A stretch of DNA of 56,799 bases. Source: Candidatus Iainarchaeum sp. GTDB taxonomy: Archaea; B1Sed10-29; WALL01. Below are positions 17,603-26,447 of the stretch, in pieces (position 1 is the stretch's first letter; each line of letters begins with the position of its first letter). The DNA is taken from assembly GCA_021162685.1 (NCBI GenBank), contig JAGGYF010000027.1, positions 1-56,799 of the forward strand. Direction: 5' to 3'. The position numbers were made by a program, and so were the translations under genes. The notes beneath the pieces are model-generated. The model was given only the letters and a program-made list of their open reading frames with translations, searched no databases and was not told where the DNA came from.

Positions 17603-19223
17603 TATTCAGGAAATCACTCCTTCTTTTAAGCTCATTATCCAGCGAGTCAATACCAAGGTAGTTTGCAATCCTTTCCTCTATGTCTGCTTTCCTAGCTTTT
17701 GTAAGGCAATCTCTCTTGTAGTCATAGACAAAAATGGGCATGACATCTATGCTTCTATCCCTTACAACAACTTCACTTATTTCTGTTATCCTTCTCATCT
17801 CAATGTGTTTCTTCGCATCTCTGTCATACCTGTCCCATCTTCTCTGAACAACTATAAGGTCAATGGCTCCAAGGTCATCCTTTTGTATGCCTAGGTTTGC
17901 CAGCCTCACAAGTACCTCTTTTGCGTTCTTCGCGTGGAATGTTGCAATAGATCCCTTTCCTTGCCCAGCTAACATAGTGTTGATTAGTGCAACTGCTTCC
18001 TCTTTCGTTCTAACTTCGCCTACAATTAACCTATCTGGCCTCATTCTTAATGTGTCAGATACAAGTACGTTCATCCCTATTCCAATATTCTTGTTTACAA
18101 CAAGACGGATGTTATGCTTATGTGGTATGTTTATCTCTGGTGTTTCTTCTACGATGATTATGCGTTCATCAAGTGGGATGAATGCTGCTAATACATTAAG
18201 TGTTGTTGTCTTTCCAGAGCCAGTGCTCCCAGCAATTATAATATTCAGGCTGCACTGCATTGCACTCCATAGAAATGCGAGGGCATCTGCACTGATTGTT
18301 CCATTCTTGATAAGCTCTGGAGGTGTGAATGGGTTTTTTCTGAACTTCCTAATAGTAAGTACTGGCTCTTTGACAACTGGGGGTATGGCAGCATGTAGGC
18401 GTGAACCGTCTCTTAAAGAAGCATTCAATCGTGGATTTTGCATTGTTATCCTTCTGCCGAGCTGTCTTGCTATCTTATTTATTATTGTGATAAGTTTCTT
18501 GCTGTTTGTAAACATGATATCGGCGTTCATCCATCCTTCGTTTCTCTTGAATACAACTATGGGTTTGTTTATTCCAATAATAGCTATTTCCTCTAATGTG
18601 TCATCATGGACGAGTTGTTCAAGTATTGAGAAACCCCTTGTCTCCATTTCAGCAATTTTTGTTATCTCTCTCCTCTGTCTTTCATCAAGAATGATCCCTT
18701 TCTCCGTGCAGTATTCATCTATGATTTCGTTTATATCTGCAACATCTGTTTTTGCGAACTCGCCAAACACTTTTATTATGTTGTCTATAAGCTTAGCCTC
18801 ATCATAACTTAGCCTATACGTGTCTGTTTTGTATGTACCTTCACACACCTTCCATCCTAAGATACGTTCTATTTCCATCTCTTCATCAGTGGAATGCTCC
18901 AATGACATGTATGGGCATACCTTCATGCACTTTGGGTCACCCATGCATAAGTCGCATTTTCTGGCGTATCCATCTATTTCTATTGCGTCCCATGGGCATA
19001 CCTCTGCGCATAGGCCACAGGCATTACATTTTTCTGGGTTGACACTCCATACGCCTTGTATTGCCTCAAAAAATGCATCATTTGGACAAGCTGCCACGCA
19101 TGGTGCATCCTTACAATGCTTGCAGTTTAATATCTTGAGTGATACTGCCTTTTCACACACCTCAATACATGCATTGCAATGTTTACAATTGTCTACATGA
19201 AGGTACATCTTCCCTCTCCCCAT
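17532..19223 (-). CDS. ArlI/VirB11/TadA-type secretion ATPase fused to an N-terminal 16-Cys poly-[4Fe-4S] ferredoxin module (563 aa)
   Basis: The N-terminal ~110 aa hold four motifs: CKHCNACIEVC, CKHCKDAPCVAACP, CNACGLCAEVCP and CDLCMGDPKCMKVCP. The C-terminal part has Walker A GSTGSGKTT and Walker B/Asp box RPDRLIVGEVR. Confidence 0.85.
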   Translation of the reverse strand: MGRGKMYLHVDNCKHCNACIEVCEKAVSLKILNCKHCKDAPCVAACPNDAFFEAIQGVWSVNPEKCNACGLCAEVCPWDAIEIDGYARKCDLCMGDPKCMKVCPYMSLEHSTDEEMEIERILGWKVCEGTYKTDTYRLSYDEAKLIDNIIKVFGEFAKTDVADINEIIDEYCTEKGIILDERQRREITKIAEMETRGFSILEQLVHDDTLEEIAIIGINKPIVVFKRNEGWMNADIMFTNSKKLITIINKIARQLGRRITMQNPRLNASLRDGSRLHAAIPPVVKEPVLTIRKFRKNPFTPPELIKNGTISADALAFLWSAMQCSLNIIIAGSTGSGKTTTLNVLAAFIPLDERIIIVEETPEINIPHKHNIRLVVNKNIGIGMNVLVSDTLRMRPDRLIVGEVRTKEEAVALINTMLAGQGKGSIATFHAKNAKEVLVRLANLGIQKDDLGAIDLIVVQRRWDRYDRDAKKHIEMRRITEISEVVVRDRSIDVMPIFVYDYKRDCLTKARKADIEERIANYLGIDSLDNELKRRSDFLNSVEGSFSDVVKQIYSFNFGDKHD

Positions 19224-19263
19224 TAGGCTACTATTAAATTATACAATCTACAATAAATACCTT

Positions 19264-19533
19264 ATGGGTGCGCAGATACTATTTGGAGGAAAGTTAGGCA
19301 TAACAGGTGAGGCAGCCGAACTATTGAAAAATTCAGCAGAAATGCTCAGAATCTACAAGATGGATGATGAGATTCTTATAAAACATGCAAAAAGCACAAA
19401 TATCTACCCAGGGGACAGGTCTGTTAAGATAGGCAATTCTATACTATTTGTGCAGAAAGAGGTGCTTGAGACACCTATTGAGCTCTGTGTTGAGGAGGGA
19501 AAACTTGTTATAAAAAAGACATATTCATTTTGA
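19264..19533 (+). CDS. Small hypothetical protein (89 aa) with an internal two-fold repeat
   Basis: KLGITGEAAELL...DDEILIK and KIGNSILFVQKEVL...EGKLVIKK look like two similar halves. No family recognised. Confidence 0.4.
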   Translation: MGAQILFGGKLGITGEAAELLKNSAEMLRIYKMDDEILIKHAKSTNIYPGDRSVKIGNSILFVQKEVLETPIELCVEEGKLVIKKTYSF

Positions 19534-19857
19534 AAATCGTATAGAGTCACCTATTTTTATCCCTCTTGCCTTTCCTGCTTTCATCTCAATAACAAATCTG
19601 CACGGCTTCTTTGGAGTTATATTAAGCGTCCATGGTTTGACATTTCTTGCGATGTCCACAACCCTGTGCTTTTCATCAAGAAATAGGATATCTATAGGAA
19701 ACCTCATAAACATGGTATGTATTGATGCACCGATTCTTGTTTTTCTGTTTAGTACAAAGATTAATGCTCCATCAAAATCTTTCCTGAGCATCAATCCCTT
19801 GAATTTCTGCCAGGGAGTATGCGCGAACTCAATACTCATCTTCAGTTTTTTTCTCAT
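19525..19857 (-). CDS. DUF192-family protein
   Basis: AHTPWQKFKGLMLR...MFMRFPIDILFLD...KPW matches the DUF192/COG1430 pattern. Confidence 0.7.
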   Translation of the reverse strand: MRKKLKMSIEFAHTPWQKFKGLMLRKDFDGALIFVLNRKTRIGASIHTMFMRFPIDILFLDEKHRVVDIARNVKPWTLNITPKKPCRFVIEMKAGKARGIKIGDSIRFSK

Positions 19858-19865
19858 ATTAACAC

Positions 19866-22265
19866 CTATGGACTTGTTCCAGGCACCTTCTTTATTGTTA
19901 TGGCAGTTATCTGTGGAATGTTTCCACCATATGCATCTGTGAATACTATCCTGTCCAAAATCTTACTGCTATTTACATCTATGTAACCCATAAACAATTT
20001 TCCAGTACCTAGAGAACCATCACAGGATGATGCAAATGTTTCTACTTCTCCAGTTCCTGTCTGCCAGTCTTTATAATCAAACAAAAACCGGTCGTAAGAG
20101 TTGTCTGTGTAGTAAATGTAGATATAAGGAACAACATTTTCTGTAGCATTTTCTTGGTCTGTGTTTCCATAATAATCATATGCTGTTACCATGCATGTCC
20201 ATGACTCAGAAGTATTTGTTTCATTTACAGTTATTGTTGTATAGCAGGTTGTTCCATTTGTGCATGATATCCCAGTTACATCCCAAGTTGTTCTTTGTGA
20301 GCCATCACCAAACCAAGTAACATTAGCCCTTAATGTATCACCTGGGTCTATGTCCGTTATGACCCAGGAGCAATTCAATTCATCATATATGCTTGGATTG
20401 TCTGGGAAAACATCTATACTTGTTATGATTGGAGCGTGCGTTTCCTTGTAATCCCCATATATCTCCTCAACAATTGGTGTGTCTGTTCCACTTCCATTGA
20501 GATACAGCTTAATGCTGAAGTTTCCTGAAACATCATTAAATGTTCCAGATGTTAAGTCATCATCCGTAATCGTCTTTTTTCCATAGGCGTATATCTTTTT
20601 TATCTCGTCCTCGCTTAATGCCCTGTCAAAAATCACAAAGTCGTCAATTGTCCCGTTAAAATAGTATTGTGCATACTCCGTTCTCCTTCCTATTGTTACT
20701 GCTTTTGTGTCATATGTTGGATTAAATGTTGTTGGGGTCCTGTGCGCCTCCTCGCCGTTGATGTAAATAATCCTGTTGCTGTGGTCATAGGTATATGCGA
20801 TGTGATACCATGTGTCCTTGTGGAATGTTGTTGAGAAGACAACCGCATTTTGCGATGAACCATCACCCAACCTATACGAAAGCTGCCCGTAGCTTGAACC
20901 CTTGTGGTATGAGATGTGGTATCCGTTCGTTGAGCCGCCCATCTTATCCACAATAAAAAACCATTGGTTTGTGCCAGATTTGTCAAGTTCTATTGCTGGT
21001 TTCATCCAGAAAGCAATGGTAAAGTTTTGTAATCTTAGTGATGTGCTGTCTTGCATGTAAATCCTATCATTAGAGCCGTCAAAGTAGTATGCATTTCCGA
21101 ACATACCTGTTGTTTGCGTTGCTCCGTCAACCGTCCCATTGTTCAATCCTTTCTCGTCATTTGCATTGCCTTCAAATCTCCAATAACTTACAAGGTTTGC
21201 ATCACCATACAAATCGTGTGATAAAAATTCTATTGGGGTAACAGAGGTTATATCCTCGTCATATGTTGCCTTAACCTCCCCGTCAACAAGCCACTCAATC
21301 TTGTCTATGTAGTTGTTGCTATCCACAATGCCCTCTATTACCGTGTTTTCCAAAACCTTTTCAGATGGCATTGATATATCAGCACTTTCCCAGCTCCCAG
21401 AAGATTTATACCTTTTCCCCTGGTTGTAAAGCTCCTGTATTTCTGCCTGGCTTAACTCCCTCCTGTATATCTTAATCTCATCTATTGTTCCGTTAAAGTA
21501 CTGGGTTGAGCTTCCCCTGTACCTTCCAATTTCAGGGTTTTTCCCTGTGTTTTTCATTCCTGTATATGTTCCAGAAGTGTAGCTTGTTGAGCCATCTACG
21601 TTTGTGCCGTTGAAGTATATGTGCATTCCTGTTTTGCTTTTGCTTCCATCATAGGTTACTGCAATCATCGTCCACTCATTGTTGGCAGGATAGCCATCTG
21701 AATATCTCCCTATCCTGTTCGAAGTGCTGTCCGAGTACAACCCAAAACCCAAGCAGCTGTACTTTTTTGCGTCCCATACAAGCCACTCAAAATTGCTGTT
21801 TGGAACATCATATATCCCGATTAATCCTCCACCTGTGTTTGACCAATCAGAGCTGTTTGCCCAGAAAACAACTGTAAAGGGGATGTCGTTCCCATCCGTG
21901 CCGTCCGTAAACGTGTACTCGTCCTTGTCTGGGATGCTTATGTAGTCATCAGAGCCGTCAAATAGGAATGCTCTATCAAGCCATCCGTCAATTGATGTTG
22001 CACCGTACACCGTACCATCGCCCAGTCCTGTCTCATCGTTTGCGTTGTCCTCAAATCTCCAATAACTTGTTAGGTTTGTGTCCTTTTCAGCATACGGGAA
22101 ATCCAGCTCAATAGTTCCCTCGTCTTGTTCGTACCTGTCTGTTGATGTTGTCACGTTTACCTTTGTCCCAGCGTCAAAATCTGTTGTTGTTGTGATGTTA
22201 AAATCTGCTGCAAAAGCAACAGCTATCAAGATCATAACCCATACCATAATTTTTAATCTCATCAT
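19866..22265 (-). CDS. Secreted double LamG/concanavalin-A-like lectin-domain protein with Ig-like C-terminal region (799 aa)
   Basis: Signal peptide MMRLKIMVWVMILIAVAFA. Two repeats of YWRFE(D/G)NANDE.GL..GTV.GAT...FDGS(D/N)D...FNGTID(E/D)..I(Y/F).R.LS..EI..(L/I)Y at aa 64-281 and 357-561. Many N-x-S/T sequons. Confidence 0.85.
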   Translation of the reverse strand: MMRLKIMVWVMILIAVAFAADFNITTTTDFDAGTKVNVTTSTDRYEQDEGTIELDFPYAEKDTNLTSYWRFEDNANDETGLGDGTVYGATSIDGWLDRAFLFDGSDDYISIPDKDEYTFTDGTDGNDIPFTVVFWANSSDWSNTGGGLIGIYDVPNSNFEWLVWDAKKYSCLGFGLYSDSTSNRIGRYSDGYPANNEWTMIAVTYDGSKSKTGMHIYFNGTNVDGSTSYTSGTYTGMKNTGKNPEIGRYRGSSTQYFNGTIDEIKIYRRELSQAEIQELYNQGKRYKSSGSWESADISMPSEKVLENTVIEGIVDSNNYIDKIEWLVDGEVKATYDEDITSVTPIEFLSHDLYGDANLVSYWRFEGNANDEKGLNNGTVDGATQTTGMFGNAYYFDGSNDRIYMQDSTSLRLQNFTIAFWMKPAIELDKSGTNQWFFIVDKMGGSTNGYHISYHKGSSYGQLSYRLGDGSSQNAVVFSTTFHKDTWYHIAYTYDHSNRIIYINGEEAHRTPTTFNPTYDTKAVTIGRRTEYAQYYFNGTIDDFVIFDRALSEDEIKKIYAYGKKTITDDDLTSGTFNDVSGNFSIKLYLNGSGTDTPIVEEIYGDYKETHAPIITSIDVFPDNPSIYDELNCSWVITDIDPGDTLRANVTWFGDGSQRTTWDVTGISCTNGTTCYTTITVNETNTSESWTCMVTAYDYYGNTDQENATENVVPYIYIYYTDNSYDRFLFDYKDWQTGTGEVETFASSCDGSLGTGKLFMGYIDVNSSKILDRIVFTDAYGGNIPQITAITIKKVPGTSP

Positions 22266-23479
22266 GTCTCACCCATTGATGATATGAAGTATATTCTTTC
22301 AGCATATACATGTGGTGTTTTTACAGTTTCAGCATTTGTTATGTTTAGGTTTGTGTTTCCAGATGTGCTGACATAGAATGGTATCCCATTATAGGTCTGC
22401 GAGCTTTCTGAGTACCATCCAGTATATCCACAGTTTTCTCCGAATACATCTGTGTGGAAAATATTGAAGGATATGTAGTTCTCTGATAATGCTACATAGT
22501 CTTGGTATGGTTCACTAAGCACAGTAATATCTTTTGTAGTTTCTGCATAGTATCTATGCTCAACAGCAGTAAGGGTCATATTTCCAGTTATTTCGTTGGT
22601 ATCAATTGTAAAGTTCCCCCCAAAAGTACCAGATGATGTATCTCCTTGTGAGCCATAGCTAGTGGCTCTCCCAATAGCATTTGTAACATCAAGATTAACA
22701 ATAGTATCAAATGATGTTCCGTTTGAATATCTCAAAAATACCTTGTACCTTACCATCTCTCCTCTAACAAACATGTCCTGTGGAAACCAGTTGCTATCAT
22801 ATGTTTTGATAGTGATGTTCACGCTATATACACGTAAATTTTTTTTTAGTGTGCCATTGAGTTTTATACTCCATGTTCCTTGCGTGTCTGTTGATGCTAT
22901 GCTGAACGAACCATCAGCATGCCAGTTACTCAATGTCTCATTTTTTGTGTATTTCAGATTTCCGTTGGGGTCATATACACTTATGTTTACAAGGTCTGTG
23001 TCGTTTCCTGTTATTCTGTAATATACCGTGCTTCCCAGTGGAAATGCATCATTCTCATAGGCCAAGAGGTTATCCTCATAGGTGGACACCGCATAAGGCA
23101 CAGTATAATCGTAGCTCATTGTCTTTTCTATAGTGGTGTCTGTGGAGTTTATACGTAGTGTACAATTCACATGGAATTGATTCCCACTTTGGCTTTCATC
23201 ACATGTTATATTTGAGGCGTATCCCAGTGAGTTTAAAGTTGTGTTCATATCCTGTATCACATTGGTTATAGCATTACTATCTCCATCATATATCTTGCTC
23301 TCTAATGCCCAGCTGAGTTCGTTTGCATATTGCTCTGCTATATTGTGCGCTAATGGGCTCTCCATGACTTTTAGCTCAGTTTGTTTTGCTTGGCTTGTGT
23401 AATATGCTATCCCAACCACTATTGTAATCATCAAAACTGCTGTTATGAGGAAGAACTGCCCCTTCTTATTCAATACCAT
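22262..23479 (-). CDS. Large pilin-like protein (405 aa) with class-III signal peptide
   Basis: MVLNKKGQFFLITAVLMITIVVGIAYY. The body is beta-rich and sequon-rich. ATGA overlap with the LamG gene. Confidence 0.7.
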   Translation of the reverse strand: MVLNKKGQFFLITAVLMITIVVGIAYYTSQAKQTELKVMESPLAHNIAEQYANELSWALESKIYDGDSNAITNVIQDMNTTLNSLGYASNITCDESQSGNQFHVNCTLRINSTDTTIEKTMSYDYTVPYAVSTYEDNLLAYENDAFPLGSTVYYRITGNDTDLVNISVYDPNGNLKYTKNETLSNWHADGSFSIASTDTQGTWSIKLNGTLKKNLRVYSVNITIKTYDSNWFPQDMFVRGEMVRYKVFLRYSNGTSFDTIVNLDVTNAIGRATSYGSQGDTSSGTFGGNFTIDTNEITGNMTLTAVEHRYYAETTKDITVLSEPYQDYVALSENYISFNIFHTDVFGENCGYTGWYSESSQTYNGIPFYVSTSGNTNLNITNAETVKTPHVYAERIYFISSMGET

Positions 23480-23883
23480 ACCTGCACCAATACCCTTTTG
23501 GTTGTTTTATTTCCTCTGATGATACATCCTGCTGTTGCAATATCTGTTGTTGATGCCTGTGAATATCCTGTAGAATCCAAAACCTGTAATGTTGTCACAT
23601 TGAGAATAGCAATCCTATACTTCAGGTCATACGGCACAGCATAGTTTATGGAGTTATTTATGGGCGTTAATGATGCACCATAAATGATTAATTGTCTATC
23701 CCTCCAGCTATTGCATACCATGTCCTTTATGTCTTTTGCATATCTTGATAGTACAAGGGTATTTTTCTCTGTTGCTGGAATTGGAGGAGTGGTCTTTATA
23801 AGCGTTATCAAGAGCATGAACATAAGCGTTATAGTGATAAGCACTTCAAGCGTCCTTATGAATCCCCTGTCTATGCTGCCCAT
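23470..23883 (-). CDS. Pilin-like protein (137 aa)
   Basis: The internal ATG at 23883 gives MGSIDRGFIRTLEVLITITLMFMLLITL (R-G-F plus a helix). The track start at 23982 would overlap the upstream gene by 112 nt. Confidence 0.55.
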   Translation of the reverse strand: MGSIDRGFIRTLEVLITITLMFMLLITLIKTTPPIPATEKNTLVLSRYAKDIKDMVCNSWRDRQLIIYGASLTPINNSINYAVPYDLKYRIAILNVTTLQVLDSTGYSQASTTDIATAGCIIRGNKTTKRVLVQVWY

Positions 23884-24341
23884 ACGTATATCACCCCTTC
23901 CTTGTATGCACCACTGTTCATCCTCACATAAACAGGTCTTTGAATACTTGTAATCTTTTTGATGTTTGTTGTGCATTCCCATACCTTTGCTTTTGTCCGA
24001 ACTTTTATAGCAAAGTCAATACCATTAAATAGTTCCATGGTTGGACAAGCAGAGCCATTCATCGCATCCAACTTATTTTCATCTAGTATGCTTGCATATG
24101 TCTTTCCATCATAATATGCCAAACCAAAAGTTGTGTATGTATTTGTCGCATTCCAATCTTTTGGTTCTCCTGCCTCCTTCATAATCTTCTCTGAAAACAT
24201 GTACATTGCTGGATACCTTACATCATTTCTCACAATGCGTTGTGTTATAAATGTTGAACCCTGAAGATACAAAACCCAGAACGCACTAATGAAGAGTGTT
24301 ACTGCGATCACAAACTCTATGTTTAAGCTCCCTTTCTTCAT
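23871..24341 (-). CDS. Pilin-like protein (156 aa)
   Basis: MKKGSLNIEFVIAVTLFISAFWVLY has K-G then Glu at +5, as in type IV pilins. ATGA overlap with the upstream platform gene. Confidence 0.65.
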   Translation of the reverse strand: MKKGSLNIEFVIAVTLFISAFWVLYLQGSTFITQRIVRNDVRYPAMYMFSEKIMKEAGEPKDWNATNTYTTFGLAYYDGKTYASILDENKLDAMNGSACPTMELFNGIDFAIKVRTKAKVWECTTNIKKITSIQRPVYVRMNSGAYKEGVIYVWAA

Positions 24342-25555
24342 ACATTTGTCACATCCTGGAAACTTACTACATAGTGGTCCTCTGCATATTTCACACTAAA
24401 CCGTATTCTTGTTTTTTCTCTTACTTTTACCTCCTTCTCAGTGATATCTATCTTACCTTCATCACATGGCCTACAGTTCAGTTTAAAGAATTCAACATCG
24501 TCACTCTTAAATCCTTTATACGGCTCTCTATTCCTCTCTTTCGCAAGCTTTGCGACAAGTTTGGCAACATCTGTTGTTGTAAAACTCTGTGTCAATTCAG
24601 TATCTGCCATTATCCCCTTTGTTGTTAATCCTGGTGTTGGGGGGACATCCATAATTGTTTCAGCAATCTTTTCAACTGGTGTTGGAGGCTGCACAAATTG
24701 GAACGCTAGAAGGGTGATAAGTACGAGTATGACAGAGTGCTTTAGACCAGAACTGATTCTACCAGTACCCATCTGCCCTGCTATGATGCCCGCAAAAAAC
24801 GCCTCAACAAGCGACACATGGAATAATAGGGTCCTGAACTCATATTCTGTTATCCTTCCAATTGTGGTTGCACCAAGAAATTCACCAGCGCTTTGCATCT
24901 TAGGTATTGCTGGAACAAGCGATTCTGTAAGAACAATAATGATGAATAGAAGCAAAAGATATATCGCATATATTGTCATTGTGTATATAGACATCTTGCT
25001 CTTCCTTTCTTCTTCCAGTTCTTTGAGCTTTCTGAGGTCTGATGACACAGTTTCAAGAATTGTTGTTACTTCTCCACCTGCTGCTTGCGCTGCTGTTATG
25101 ATTGCAATTGCTCTGTCAATCATGGGGCTTTCTATCCTCCTACTCATCCTCTCCATTGCGTCCTCAAACGAGATGCCCCACGAGAGCTCCAATGCAATCC
25201 TCTTAACTTCTGGACTTAAGTATCCATAGTCATTTGAGGAGGCGTTTTGTATGGCTCTTGACAGCGTCATGCCAGAGCGCTTAAACTCAGCAATATCCCT
25301 CAAGAAATCTGGGAAGTGATCCTCTATGCTATTAAGTTTTGTTCGTTCAAGGTACATATAAAATGCAAATGGAACAGATATCTCAAAGAATGCGCCAATC
25401 ACAAAGATGACAAAGTTTTCTGGTTTGAATATTAATCCAAAGAGGATGAGGAAGAGCGCTATGACTGACAGAATCCAGAGTATCTTCCACCTCCTCTTCA
25501 TCTTCTTCCATGTCTTTTTTATCTGCTGTATTGTTGGCATTTCCTTTTTCTTCAT
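24338..25555 (-). CDS. T2SSF platform protein (TadC/ArlJ-half-like) with C-terminal soluble extension (405 aa)
   Basis: FPDFLRDIAEFKRSGMTLSRAI...GISFEDAMERMS...RAIAIITAAQAAGGEV..ILETVSSDL followed by TM helices. About 110 C-terminal residues are non-membrane. Confidence 0.8.
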   Translation of the reverse strand: MKKKEMPTIQQIKKTWKKMKRRWKILWILSVIALFLILFGLIFKPENFVIFVIGAFFEISVPFAFYMYLERTKLNSIEDHFPDFLRDIAEFKRSGMTLSRAIQNASSNDYGYLSPEVKRIALELSWGISFEDAMERMSRRIESPMIDRAIAIITAAQAAGGEVTTILETVSSDLRKLKELEEERKSKMSIYTMTIYAIYLLLLFIIIVLTESLVPAIPKMQSAGEFLGATTIGRITEYEFRTLLFHVSLVEAFFAGIIAGQMGTGRISSGLKHSVILVLITLLAFQFVQPPTPVEKIAETIMDVPPTPGLTTKGIMADTELTQSFTTTDVAKLVAKLAKERNREPYKGFKSDDVEFFKLNCRPCDEGKIDITEKEVKVREKTRIRFSVKYAEDHYVVSFQDVTNV

Positions 25556-25556
25556 A

Positions 25557-26444
25557 TTATGCGCCTATGGGTTTGCTCATTTCTATTAACATGATAAATG
25601 CAATAGATGCAAGTGGAACCCCAACATATGTTGTGAGTTCAAGGAGCAATTTTACAGGAACAGGAAGCCCACCTAAAATTCCCATGATTGCAACGAGCAC
25701 AAATATCATTACTACTCCTGCAACAAATACAGTTGAGTATATCTCTGCAAACATGGAAAGCGTTTCTATGTACTTTGCTTCTATTCTTCTTTGTTCATCC
25801 ATCAATGTCTTTGATTTTCCTATAAGCATCTGCCTCATGTCTCCGCCTGTTCTTATCACAGCAACAATGCTCCACAATAAATCTTTAAATTTGTGAGATG
25901 GTGTTCTCTGTGCCTCTTCTGATATTGCTGATATTGTGTCATAGCCAAAAACGATTATGTTCCTTGATATCCTCTTGCAAATCTCTGCTATCTCACCATA
26001 TTCTTTAAACTCTCCCATCATTTGAAACATCACGTGTGGAGGAACACCAGTACCTGCAATTGTCGCCATATGTGTTGCAGCAAACGCGACATATTTGTCA
26101 AGGTTCGTTTTTATTGCATTCACTCTATATTGTGGGTAGATTATGTAAATAACGTACACAAGTCCAATTGTAAAAATTCCTGTTAATATCTCAAGGAAGA
26201 TTATCCCTACTACATTTATTCTGACAAATGTTGCGAGATAGAAGAACATAGCAAGCATGGTTGCAGGTACAACAAGGATAAGCGTGGTTATGAATGAAGC
26301 AGCATATTCCTCTAAACTAACCTTCAGGTTTGCTTTTTTAACTGTAAGCCTAAGATTTTTGAAGATTGGGAGTATGTATTTGAGCAATCCTTTGAACAAG
26401 GCATATGAGAGCAACCCATATTTCCGTGTGAATACCATTCTCAA
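25557..26444 (-). CDS. T2SSF platform protein (TadB/ArlJ-half-like), single domain (295 aa)
   Basis: LDKYVAFAATHMATIAGTGVPPHVMF...GYDTISAISEEA...LWSIVAVIRTGGDMRQML followed by TM helices. Confidence 0.8.
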   Translation of the reverse strand: MRMVFTRKYGLLSYALFKGLLKYILPIFKNLRLTVKKANLKVSLEEYAASFITTLILVVPATMLAMFFYLATFVRINVVGIIFLEILTGIFTIGLVYVIYIIYPQYRVNAIKTNLDKYVAFAATHMATIAGTGVPPHVMFQMMGEFKEYGEIAEICKRISRNIIVFGYDTISAISEEAQRTPSHKFKDLLWSIVAVIRTGGDMRQMLIGKSKTLMDEQRRIEAKYIETLSMFAEIYSTVFVAGVVMIFVLVAIMGILGGLPVPVKLLLELTTYVGVPLASIAFIMLIEMSKPIGA

Positions 26445-26447
26445 ACC

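Noticed and set aside
17863-18807. 314-aa plus-strand ORF
   Set aside because: It is antisense to the well-supported ATPase gene (Walker motifs on the minus strand). Its product is S/F/I/L-rich low-complexity sequence with no motif. It is a typical shadow ORF of an AT-rich coding region.
1752-19223. Calling loci A and B a bona fide archaellum (arlB-arlJ)
   Set aside because: The ArlH-, ArlI- and ArlJ-like parts exist. However, I see no archaellin-type major subunit and no ArlC/D/E or ArlX. The platform is split Tad-style, and the ATPase carries a foreign FeS module. It is treated as an unresolved, possibly novel variant rather than an archaellum.
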